In this document: positions 38,495 through 46,712 of the stretch, one piece after another | How the letters are laid out: every line of letters starts with the position of its first letter | How positions within the stretch are numbered: the stretch's first letter is position 1 | NCBI GenBank assembly: GCA_964588985.1 | Contig: CAZPQW010000001.1 | Span: 1 to 64,000 of the forward strand | Length of the DNA: 64,000 nt | Reading direction: 5' to 3' | Source: an uncultured Solirubrobacteraceae bacterium | GTDB taxonomy: Bacteria; Actinomycetota; Thermoleophilia; Solirubrobacterales; Solirubrobacteraceae | Program-made: the position numbers and the translations under genes | The notes under the pieces: generated by a model | The model's input: the letters and a program-made list of their open reading frames with translations, nothing else | Told to the model about the DNA's origin: nothing | Databases searched by the model: none

Positions 38495-39934
38495 TCAGGC
38501 AACGACGCGCAGGTGTGAGCGCTTTGCCTTGTTGCCTTGCCGTTCCGCTCGTGCCGAGCGCCACTCGATATCGACCGGTCGCGGTCCGAAGCGCCGGAGA
38601 TCGTCGATTGCGAATGCGTAGTGCGCGTCGAGCATCTGCAGGCTCGTCCCGCACTCCTTCGCCACCGTCTGTGCGTCCTCTGCTCGAAGCCTGACGGAGA
38701 TGCCGCCGCGTCGCAGCGCGTAGGGGGTCGCGCCGAGGGTGTCGCGGAACTCAGGCTGCTCGGCGACCTTCGTGACGGCTGGGTTGAAGTAGTTCGGCCC
38801 CCACTTCTTCGCCTGGTTGCCGCTGAAGTGGCATGCGCCCGTGCGGGCGTCCTGGACGCCGTAATCAGCGCCGCCGAGATCGCCGGGGAAGATGAAGTCC
38901 ACATCGCGGGCTGGATGTCCCCAGCTGCGAAGCGCGTTGCGCCACTCCTCGAGATCTTCCACCGCGATGCTTGGGACGGCGGTTCGACGTTCGGTGCTGT
39001 GTTCGGTCTTGCCCCATTCGTCGAGCGCGCCCCAGGAGACGACCTCGACCACCTCCGCGTAGGACGCGTGGAGGGACATCCAGCGCATGCCCCAAACCTC
39101 CTGGTTGCGCGCGCCAAGCCCGTACTGCAGGCTCACGACCGCCGCGTCGCGCTGGGCAAAGATGGGGTCTCTGTCCTTGGATCGCAGGAGCATCTGTGCA
39201 CGGATCGCCTCGACCGCCCGCGGGGAGAGCGCCCAGCTCGGTATCTGCGATCCACGTCGGCGGCCCGCTGCTGCCGCGCCGGTGCCGCCTCGCCGGGAGG
39301 AGCGGCGTCTGCTGATAGTTCGCTCGTTGGCAAGGATGCACCCGTTGGTCTGGATCTCGGGCACGACGTGCGAGCCGGCGGCCCAGCTCAGAGCCGAGGA
39401 CAGCACGCTCCACGCCTGCTGACGCCTCGGCTGGGGCAGGTTCGCCTGAATCATCTGTTCGCGCCACGTCCGCGGCGCCTGCGGCTCGTTGAACATGGCG
39501 GCCGGCTGCGAGGCCAGCGCCACGGCGTATCGAGCCGGCGGGAGAGGCTCGCCCTTCGCGTTGTGCAGAGGCTTGCCGAGGATGTGGCAGTTAGCGGCCG
39601 ACGAGTACGCGGCGAACGTCGACGGCGCAAGACCCGCCTGGAGGCTCGGGTCGGCGTCCAACGCGAAGTAGAGCTCGACCACCTCTCCGATCGTGCGGGC
39701 GCTCGTCTCGTTGGCCTCCTTCGCGTCGAGATCCAGCAGGAACCTCCGCAGGCTGTCTACGCCCCGCCGCTCCGCCGTTATGTAGTCGTCCATCCAGACG
39801 CGGGCCTGTCGTGCCGAGGGGAAGTGCCGAGTCCGCTCCACCCGGTCGTGGTCGTAGAAGCCGACCGCGTAGGACTTGGCGCCGCGCTTGCCGACTCGCG
39901 GCCACGCCGAGGACTTCTTCCAAGGTCTACTCAT
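38495..39934 (-). CDS. int: Tyrosine integrase of the island
   Basis: N-terminal arm-binding-like region; GARNQEV, GKT, PYALRRG, CGTS..HY; adjacent to xis and attR. Confidence 0.85.
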   Translation of the reverse strand: MSRPWKKSSAWPRVGKRGAKSYAVGFYDHDRVERTRHFPSARQARVWMDDYITAERRGVDSLRRFLLDLDAKEANETSARTIGEVVELYFALDADPSLQAGLAPSTFAAYSSAANCHILGKPLHNAKGEPLPPARYAVALASQPAAMFNEPQAPRTWREQMIQANLPQPRRQQAWSVLSSALSWAAGSHVVPEIQTNGCILANERTISRRRSSRRGGTGAAAAGRRRGSQIPSWALSPRAVEAIRAQMLLRSKDRDPIFAQRDAAVVSLQYGLGARNQEVWGMRWMSLHASYAEVVEVVSWGALDEWGKTEHSTERRTAVPSIAVEDLEEWRNALRSWGHPARDVDFIFPGDLGGADYGVQDARTGACHFSGNQAKKWGPNYFNPAVTKVAEQPEFRDTLGATPYALRRGGISVRLRAEDAQTVAKECGTSLQMLDAHYAFAIDDLRRFGPRPVDIEWRSARAERQGNKAKRSHLRVVA

Positions 39935-40340
39935 CCGCTGCTCCCTCGATTGGTGTGGCGATCGCGGGAGGCGAGCCCGACGTGCGGTATTGAGCGCGCA
40001 GCTCCTCCAGACGCTCCGGCGAGAGGTCGTAGGCGACCGCCTCGCGCTTCAACGGAGGGCGACGGGCCTGTCCAGCGCGCCGCGTGCGTGGCGCTGGGTG
40101 TGCCCCGAGAGCCGTTCGGCGACGGTCGAGACCGGCGGTGTCGTTCTCGACCCAGAACTCGTCGATCGCCTCCAGCGGTATGCGGTAGTGCCCTCCTGGC
40201 AGGCGCCGATACCGGAGCCTGCCGATGGCGATGTAGCGACGCAGCGTGCGCTCGTGGACGCCGAGGGCGGCCGCCGCCTCGCCGGTGCTCAACACGCGAC
40301 GCGTGCCAGCACGTGCGCCGGAGTTGGAGGGTTTGCCCAT
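39927..40340 (-). CDS. xis: Excisionase-like HTH protein
   Basis: LSTGEAAAALGVHERTLRRYI..GRL..RLPGGHYRIP; overlaps integrase start by 8 nt. Confidence 0.82.
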   Translation of the reverse strand: MGKPSNSGARAGTRRVLSTGEAAAALGVHERTLRRYIAIGRLRYRRLPGGHYRIPLEAIDEFWVENDTAGLDRRRTALGAHPAPRTRRAGQARRPPLKREAVAYDLSPERLEELRAQYRTSGSPPAIATPIEGAADE

Positions 40341-40457
40341 GCCCCATCCGTCTCGATGGCGGGCCCTTCTCCCCCAGACGAATGTTCTGGATGCGTGCTC
40401 GGCCGTGGGCCTCAGAGCCCGCGTTCTCGGGGCCTGACGCTTCTCAAAACAGCGCGA

Positions 40458-40481
40458 ATCTGCGGTGCCGTTGCGGTGCCG
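40458..40481 (+). repeat. Putative integrase arm-type site, right
   Basis: ATCTGCGGTGCCGTTGCGGTGCCG, matches 12275-12298. Confidence 0.7.
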
Positions 40482-40543
40482 TTCGCGATCCCCATGAGCA
40501 GAAATGCTTATTTGCAGGCAGAAAGCCCCCAAATGCCCCGTGT

Positions 40544-40586
40544 CTCGTAATGAAGGGGTCCGGGGTTCGAGTCCCCGCGTCGGCTT
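40544..40586 (+). repeat. attR core (duplicated 3' half of tRNA-Thr)
   Basis: Exact 43-bp copy of 12150-12192; the 5' half of the tRNA is absent. Confidence 0.95.
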
Positions 40587-40648
40587 GCCTCGGTCTTCGG
40601 ACGGCGCCGCTTCACGGGGCTCGTGTGTGACCTCTACGATATTGGGAC

Positions 40649-42031
40649 TTACGCCGCCGCCGTGTAGGGCGGCGGAGGATCTGTTCCAGGCTTGGTGTTC
40701 GCCACTGCGGTGAGCTGATTGGGTGCGCGGAGATCGAGAGCGACTACCGAGTACTCGTTGCCGCCGTGGAGTAGGCGCAGGATGTCGGCCACGGCCACGG
40801 TGCTGGCGATCACGCCGACGAACGCCGCACCGACCGTGACGTCCGCGAACTCGAGCAGCCCGCAGCGCGCCGCGGACTCCTCCATACCACCCTCGATCTG
40901 GCGGGTTATCTCACTCTCATAGGCAGGCGCGAGGGCGGGGCGAGCCTGCGGGGTCTCCTTGAAGGCGGTCGCGGGGGATTCGACCGACGGGAAGGTATGC
41001 ACGAGCATGTCCAGGTACTCGTGCGGCCCGGCACCGAGGCCGGCGTCTACGACGCGATCGAAGCCCGCGCCCTCGAGCTGGCGACGTGGGGTGACGTCGT
41101 CGAACCCGGCCAGTGCGTTGCGCGGTTCGTTGCGCGTGGGTACTGCATGGGCCTGCGGGTGGAAGCTCTCATCAAAGGCTCGCTCAACGATCCTGGTCCC
41201 CAACCCGACCTGTTCGAGCGCGGCCGCGACGACGCGTGTCTTGCGCGAGCCTATGTCGCCGAGTCCTACGAGCAGCTGGGTGGCGATGTTGCCTTTGATG
41301 ACGGTGTCGAAGTCCAGCAGGCCGAGTTCGACCTCGCTGGGGTTGGCGTACGGCAGCATCCCGAGTGTCCACGCGTTGGCCTGCCCGAGGTGGCCGAGAC
41401 CCAGCAGCCATAGAGCCGCCGGAAGGTATTCGAGCGTAGGGCCGGGCGGTGCGGATCGCCAATCGTGATCGGTGCGCCAGAGCGAGATGCCAACCTCTCG
41501 CCGGCCGGGCACCGGGTTACCCAGCGACTGCTGGAAGATCTCCGAGACCCCGAGAGCGCCGGCCAAGATGCCGGCCGGGACGATCGCGGGGCCGCTCAGC
41601 CGGCGGTCCGGTGACTCTACGACCCCGCCGGTCCAGCCACCCCACGTGCAGTACAGGAGGGGCTGACCGACGGGGTCGCGCGGGTTGCCGATCACCATCG
41701 TCGGGAGGTCTGACTGGAGCTGGTCGACGACGGTGCCGCCGTAGCGGTTCACGACAGCCGTCGCCGCGAGCCCATCGGTCCAGCCGGTCTGAAGGGAGGG
41801 GTCGGTGTCGAGGAGGACGCGCACGCCGCCGTGGAACGCGCGTCGCCCGACGTTCACGACGGTGGCAAGAGCGGCCTGAGCGGCGCGATCGTGCTCGAGG
41901 TCCGGACCGACGGCGATCTGCAGGACGAGTTGGCTGAGAAACCGTCCAGCCTCGGCCGGGTCTTTGGCTTTGCCCGCGTCGATCAGGAGCTTGCCGGTGC
42001 GATGGAGGTCGTCGGCAGAGCCCCAGCTCAT
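40649..42031 (-). CDS. bilD: E1-like (ThiF-fold) ubiquitin-activating enzyme, BilD-like
   Basis: N-terminal inactive-adenylation-like half; GLGHLG, DFD, RKTR, VVDAGLG, AARCGLL..VGAAFVG Cys; ATGA overlap with JAB gene. Confidence 0.85.
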   Translation of the reverse strand: MSWGSADDLHRTGKLLIDAGKAKDPAEAGRFLSQLVLQIAVGPDLEHDRAAQAALATVVNVGRRAFHGGVRVLLDTDPSLQTGWTDGLAATAVVNRYGGTVVDQLQSDLPTMVIGNPRDPVGQPLLYCTWGGWTGGVVESPDRRLSGPAIVPAGILAGALGVSEIFQQSLGNPVPGRREVGISLWRTDHDWRSAPPGPTLEYLPAALWLLGLGHLGQANAWTLGMLPYANPSEVELGLLDFDTVIKGNIATQLLVGLGDIGSRKTRVVAAALEQVGLGTRIVERAFDESFHPQAHAVPTRNEPRNALAGFDDVTPRRQLEGAGFDRVVDAGLGAGPHEYLDMLVHTFPSVESPATAFKETPQARPALAPAYESEITRQIEGGMEESAARCGLLEFADVTVGAAFVGVIASTVAVADILRLLHGGNEYSVVALDLRAPNQLTAVANTKPGTDPPPPYTAAA

Positions 42032-42528
42032 GCCCTTCTCCCTATCAAGAGGTGTCGCTCGGCCTGCCTGCCAGTCCACGTTTCCCAGCCCTCGCCGTCG
42101 TAGCGGTGGACCCCTACGGTCCGCGGCTTGGTGGCTCGCATGGCGAGGTGGGGCACGATGAGGGCGACGTGCCCGGCTTGGGCGAGCATCGGGTTGGCGG
42201 CGTCGATCGGGCTCTGGCGGACGCCGCCGCCCGGATGGGTATGGACGTCCCCGATCACGCGGCGGTGCTCGGCGTCGCAGATGTCCCACAGTTTGCTGTA
42301 GGCAAGGCCGTCGAAGCTGATGCCGCCGGTCAGGCAGTTGGGGTCGAGGTCGTCGAGGTAGACGACCCGCGTCACGGTGGTCGGATCGCCGTGGCGGTCG
42401 GCGAGCAGGAAGGCGCCAGACTCACGTCGTCCCTGTCCGCGGCGCCCAAGCTCGGCGATCATCGCGTCCCACGCACTGCGGCGCATGCGCAGGAGCGCGT
42501 CGCGACGCCTATATGCCCAGATAGTCAT
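42028..42528 (-). CDS. bilC: JAB/JAMM metallopeptidase (deubiquitinase-like), BilC-like
   Basis: RESGAFLL..DVHTHPG..QSPID (E..HxH..S..D). Confidence 0.88.
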   Translation of the reverse strand: MTIWAYRRRDALLRMRRSAWDAMIAELGRRGQGRRESGAFLLADRHGDPTTVTRVVYLDDLDPNCLTGGISFDGLAYSKLWDICDAEHRRVIGDVHTHPGGGVRQSPIDAANPMLAQAGHVALIVPHLAMRATKPRTVGVHRYDGEGWETWTGRQAERHLLIGRRA

Positions 42529-42970
42529 CGGCGTTCAGGATGTTGTGGACGTTGCTGAGCACGAAGCTGATGTCGCGCGTGGGGTTCCACGCATCGTGGG
42601 GGTGCTTCTGAGCCCAGTCGGCGTGCGAGCCCAGGGCGATGCGGTCCCACGGGGCGTACATTGCAACGCCGTCGCCCCAGTCGGTACGGAACACGTGAGC
42701 GGCGCGATCGCCCTTGGGCCGATACGCCGGCGCGAGCGAGCAGCCCGCATCGTTATCCCAGAGGCTGCCGGTCGGCGCCGAGTGGGGGTAGCCGGCAACG
42801 TCGAGTCGCAACACGAACCCCTCGGGGCTCTTCGAGCGCGGCGCGGCCGAGATCACGAACGTGGCGTGAGGCCAAGTGAGCTCAATCAGTCGCCAGCGCC
42901 CGGCCTGTACTCCGGCCTGGAAGCGCGCCCCCTCGAGGTGGGTTCGCAGTGTGCGCTCGTCCGGCGTCAT
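42509..42970 (-). CDS. bilB: Prokaryotic E2/UBC-like protein, BilB-like
   Basis: GRW..WP, LRLDVAGYPHSAPTGSLWD, VFRTDW, YAPWDR..H.DW, VHNILN; sits between Ubl and JAB. Confidence 0.78.
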   Translation of the reverse strand: MTPDERTLRTHLEGARFQAGVQAGRWRLIELTWPHATFVISAAPRSKSPEGFVLRLDVAGYPHSAPTGSLWDNDAGCSLAPAYRPKGDRAAHVFRTDWGDGVAMYAPWDRIALGSHADWAQKHPHDAWNPTRDISFVLSNVHNILNADDYLGI

Positions 42971-43435
42971 TCAACCCTCGAAACGCGAGCGCGGCAGCAG
43001 GTCCAGCGTGACCGAGCACTCCCCTGGCTTAGTCAGCGCCCCGACGTGGACGCCGGGATCCAGGAAATGGTCGGCACCAGGAACGGCGAGGACATGCTTG
43101 GCGGCCTGCTCTTTGGAGAAATTCGCGACCTCGGGGCCAAAGGCCCATTTCTCGACCGTCTTGATCGTGCGCGACGGCCCGAAGCTGCGCTCGTGGGTGC
43201 CGTTCCAGCGGACGATGACCTCGACGTGGCGACAACGGCCGCGATGGACGTGGTGGCGGTGGTGGATCCCGGCGACGTCAAGCGTGAGATCGAGATCGAT
43301 CTCCTCGTCGACCTCCTCGATCCAGATCCCGCCGTCAGGGTCGTTCTCGACGAGGAGCGTGCGGACCGAGGCGGTCTCCTCGACCTCGATTATCTCTGGG
43401 TCCTCGGCCTCAGTTGTGTGCAGAAAAAGCTCCAT
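42971..43435 (-). CDS. bilA: Two-domain (ISG15-like) ubiquitin-like protein, BilA-like
   Basis: 154 aa; VHRGRCRHVEVIVRWNG..FGPS.TI..V.KWA..HVL..HVGAL..DLLP; ends in a free Gly (RFEG-stop). Confidence 0.82.
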   Translation of the reverse strand: MELFLHTTEAEDPEIIEVEETASVRTLLVENDPDGGIWIEEVDEEIDLDLTLDVAGIHHRHHVHRGRCRHVEVIVRWNGTHERSFGPSRTIKTVEKWAFGPEVANFSKEQAAKHVLAVPGADHFLDPGVHVGALTKPGECSVTLDLLPRSRFEG

Positions 43436-43494
43436 GGGACTCCTTGGCTAGAGCCGACGCCGAGGCGACGGCTACGATGAAGGGGAAACAAAAC

Positions 43495-43539
43495 CTTTAC
43501 CCGGCGAGTGTATCAAAAGATCTTTACCCACGAGGTAAA
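43495..43539. promoter_or_regulatory. Putative operator in the AT-rich divergent promoter region
   Basis: CTTTACCC at 43495 and 43522; palindrome TTTACC-N5-GGTAAA at 43523-43539. Confidence 0.55.
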
Positions 43540-43559
43540 TGAAAAAGCATGGCACGAGT

Positions 43560-43874
43560 ATGGACTTGGGCTTCGACAGCGATGGCTTGGCGGCGTTGTG
43601 CAACGCTGAACGACTGATGGTCGAACGCTGGGGTCCAGAGATGGGGAGGACCATCGAGAAGCGGCTCCTCGACCTGGCGGCTGCCACAGCGGCGACGATC
43701 GAGCGCATCCCCACGGCCAGCACGACCCGCGGCCGGGACGGCCAGATGACGATCACGTTCAACGGAGCGATCGTGATCAGCGGTCAGCTCATGGCGTGCG
43801 CTGACGGGGCTCGCAAGGACACCGATCAGTTCGTGATCGCGACCGTGATCGTCGACGAGAATAGGCGCCCATGA
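43560..43874 (+). CDS. HigB/RelE-like protein, apparently degenerate
   Basis: MDLGF..L..LCN..WG....I.KRL.DL.AA resembles the HigB N-terminus; C-terminal DYH absent (VDENRRP); ATGA overlap with HigA-like gene. Confidence 0.6.
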   Translation: MDLGFDSDGLAALCNAERLMVERWGPEMGRTIEKRLLDLAAATAATIERIPTASTTRGRDGQMTITFNGAIVISGQLMACADGARKDTDQFVIATVIVDENRRP

Positions 43875-44947
43875 AGGATTCGAGTACACCAATCGCGTTC
43901 CGCCCGGACTACGCCATAGCGCCCGGGGAGACCCTGCGCGACGCGTTGGCAGAGCAGAGCCTCTCCCAAGCCGATCTCGCGGCACGTGCCAGCCTCTCCG
44001 CCAAGCACATCAACCAGATCCTGCAGGGCATCGCGCCGATCACTCTGGAGACCTCAATCGTGCTCGAGCGGGTCACCGGGATACCGGCGAGCTTCTGGAA
44101 CAGGCGTGAGGCCGACTACCGCGAGACGCTGCTACGCCAGAAACAGCGAACGCTCTCGGACGACGACAAGGAGTGGCTCAGTTCCCTTCCGATCAAGGAG
44201 CTGCAGAGCCGGGAGAAGATTCCCCGGGAGAAGGATCGAGGTCGGCTGTTTGAGGCTGTGCTGTCGTTCTTCGGCGTCGCTGATCGTCAGGCGTGGGAAC
44301 GCATCTGGCATGGACCGGTCGCGTCGTTCCGGCGTTCGCACGCATTTACCAGCCATCCGGGCGCGATCGCCTCGTGGCTGCGCATCGCACAGCTCGATGC
44401 CCAAAACGCAAAGGCCGAACCGTTCAACGCAAGCGCATTTCGAAGAGTCCTTCGAGAAATCCGCGCGCTTACCGCCGACGGTGATCCGAACCTGATCGTG
44501 GAGATGTGCGCGACCGTCGGCGTGGTGGTGGTCTTCGTACCCGAGGTCAAAGGTTGCCGTATCAGCGGAGCGGCCTGGTGGGCAACTCCAGCCCGCGCTG
44601 TGATCGCATTGAGCGACCGATACAAGAAGGACGACTTCTTCTGGTTCACCTTCTTTCATGAGGCCGCACACCTGCAGCTGCATTCCAAGAAGGAGACTTT
44701 CGTTGATGACGGCAAGGACAGCGACGTCACCGAGGATGAGGCAAACGGCTGGGCCCAGGACTTCCTGATCCCGCCAGAGCGAGCTCTAAAGCTGCGTACG
44801 CTGCGTACTGACGCGCACGTCGCGGCGTTCGCGCGCGAGATCGGTATCGCCCCCGGGATCGTCGTCGGGCGAATGCAGCACGACAAAATCTGGGACTACC
44901 GCCAAGGCCACCACCTCAAGCGCTCAATGTGCATCGTCGAGACCTAG
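43871..44947 (+). CDS. HigA-type HTH fused to an ImmA/IrrE-family Zn metallopeptidase
   Basis: PDYAIAPGETL..SQADLA..KHINQI..G..PIT..FW; SDRYK.DD.FWFTFFHEAAH, EDEAN.WA..FLIP. Confidence 0.9.
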   Translation: MKDSSTPIAFRPDYAIAPGETLRDALAEQSLSQADLAARASLSAKHINQILQGIAPITLETSIVLERVTGIPASFWNRREADYRETLLRQKQRTLSDDDKEWLSSLPIKELQSREKIPREKDRGRLFEAVLSFFGVADRQAWERIWHGPVASFRRSHAFTSHPGAIASWLRIAQLDAQNAKAEPFNASAFRRVLREIRALTADGDPNLIVEMCATVGVVVVFVPEVKGCRISGAAWWATPARAVIALSDRYKKDDFFWFTFFHEAAHLQLHSKKETFVDDGKDSDVTEDEANGWAQDFLIPPERALKLRTLRTDAHVAAFAREIGIAPGIVVGRMQHDKIWDYRQGHHLKRSMCIVET

Positions 44948-45104
44948 CACGCCTGCTCGTCGCACCGGATCAGCAACGCGGACCTAAGTCCCGTTGATTC
45001 TTGGCTATGGCGTCGCGGCTACGTCACCGCCAACACGCTACCTCCTGTCCCCATTTGGCCGCGCCGAGCGTGCTGAACTATGCGGTCGTTTGAGTAGCAC
45101 TCGT

Positions 45105-46376
45105 ATGGTGTCGGCAATGGCAGGCGCAAACGCCGCGTTCAGGACCGTCTTCGGCGAGGGTTTGACGCCGGACGCGATCGGCGCAGCGCTCGCGGACCCA
45201 GTTAGTGCTACTGAGCGCCTGATCGCCGCATGGCACCGCGAACGAGTGATGCCAAGCGCTCTTCCACCGCTCGCCGTCGGCGAGCTCCGGCCACTGCTCG
45301 GCCATGGCTTCAGCCCAAACTGGCGCTACGGGCTCAGCTGGGCGGAGTCCGAGCTCGACCGCTTGACGATCACGCTGACGTACGCACACCGCGCCGTGCT
45401 CATTGACCCGTTCAGCTACCTCGAGGACATCCTTCGGAGCGATGCGATGACCGCCAGTGTGCTGGCCGGCATCCTGCACATCGTGGCATTCGTCGAGCCG
45501 TTGACCGAAGCCTCGACCGTATTGATGGTCACTGAGCCTGAGCAGGTGACCCGGCTTGGCCGGACTGGGCCTTGGCCAGCTATGAGGCCCTCTGGCCTCG
45601 TGACCGACGTCCGGGCCAAGATCGTGCGTCGGATCGAGGATGCCTTGGGGGTGTTTGACAACCAGCCCAACGAAGCGAGGTGGTCGCGCGGCATTGAGGA
45701 CAACGCGGTCGGTCGCGACGCCACGATCCACCTCATAAGACAGACCAACGCGATGGCCGGCCGGGCGCACCTTCTGTTCGAGGAGACCCACGACTGGGAT
45801 TTTGGCTACGGCCAGAGCAGGACCTTCGAGCGCATGATGATGTACGCGCAGCTACGTGCGTTGGCGCGTGCTGCCGTTCGCCATCGCGGGGAGGTCGGCA
45901 AGGTCCTACTCCTGCTACGACGCCCCATCCCCGACATGGCTACGGTGACGCCCACCGATCTTCTCGCGCTCCGGAGCAGCGACGGGTTCGGGCAGGTCCG
46001 TCACCAGGTTGGAGATGCACTGGAGCGGTATGAGATCGGAGTACGGGCCGGTCGCGCGGATGTTGGCGACGGCCTCGCGGACGAGCTGCGCGCCAGCGCC
46101 GAGGCGCTCGACGCCGAAATCGCCGCCTCAAGCGCGTTGACCGCGATGCGGCGCGGTGTTGCTGCGCTGAGCATGACGGCCGCGGCGCAAGTCGCACTGG
46201 CTCTGACGGGCATTGGCGCCGCCACCCCCGTAGAGCTCGCCACCCCCGCCGCCGTCGGTGCTCTTGAGTATGTCCGCGCGCTTGTAGCGGCCAGTTATGA
46301 ACGCGACCGGAACCGGTCGCTCGAGGCGCACGCGACGACTGTGCGCGCGGTCGCCGAACGTATGGCGCTCCTCTGA
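45105..46376 (+). CDS. Hypothetical protein with C-terminal hydrophobic helices
   Basis: Long ORF (423 aa from ATG 45105) with no recognised catalytic motif. Confidence 0.7.
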   Translation: MVSAMAGANAAFRTVFGEGLTPDAIGAALADPVSATERLIAAWHRERVMPSALPPLAVGELRPLLGHGFSPNWRYGLSWAESELDRLTITLTYAHRAVLIDPFSYLEDILRSDAMTASVLAGILHIVAFVEPLTEASTVLMVTEPEQVTRLGRTGPWPAMRPSGLVTDVRAKIVRRIEDALGVFDNQPNEARWSRGIEDNAVGRDATIHLIRQTNAMAGRAHLLFEETHDWDFGYGQSRTFERMMMYAQLRALARAAVRHRGEVGKVLLLLRRPIPDMATVTPTDLLALRSSDGFGQVRHQVGDALERYEIGVRAGRADVGDGLADELRASAEALDAEIAASSALTAMRRGVAALSMTAAAQVALALTGIGAATPVELATPAAVGALEYVRALVAASYERDRNRSLEAHATTVRAVAERMALL

Positions 46377-46599
46377 TCCGCGAGCCCCGACGCGGGTGTG
46401 GCCGAGCCCGCCCATTCGGCGGTCCGGCTGACGCTCAAGCAACGGCGAGGTGAAACGTGCCGTGAGCGCAGGGGAACTTCGTGACGAGCCGTCGCCGAGA
46501 GAGGTACGCTCGCCGTCTAAGTGTGCGCTTGGATCCTGCTCTCTCAGGGGCCTCTGGCGGGCGCGCGACGGCACCGCGCTGTCACCGCAAACGCGGGCC

Positions 46600-46692
46600 A
46601 TCGCGGTGATCGCCACGAACACCGATGCGATTCCGTTCTATGAGCGGCGGGGCGCGGTGCCGTTCGTGACGCAGTTCGTCAAACGCGTCTGA
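46600..46692 (+). pseudogene. C-terminal fragment of a GNAT acetyltransferase
   Basis: IAVIATNTDAIPFYERRG matches GNAT motif B (NxxAxxFYxxxG); upstream in-frame sequence is not GNAT-like. Confidence 0.6.
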
Positions 46693-46712
46693 GTCGACGC
46701 GCACAGTGGGCT

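Larger units (their letters stand above)
12150..40586. mobile_element. tRNA-Thr-integrated genomic island / integrative (possibly mobilizable) element, ~28.4 kb
   Basis: Exact 43-bp terminal direct repeats, integrase + excisionase next to attR, relaxase-like gene, visibly lower GC than flanks; no phage structural or T4SS genes. Confidence 0.92.

Noticed and set aside
40544-40586. Second tRNA gene
   Set aside because: Only the 3' half is present; no D arm or 5' acceptor strand, so it is attR
12150-40586. Prophage or self-transmissible ICE interpretation
   Set aside because: No capsid, terminase, tail, VirB4/VirD4 or FtsK/TraB genes seen
38537-40630. 697-aa plus-strand ORF
   Set aside because: Antisense to int/xis and runs through attR; no domain signal
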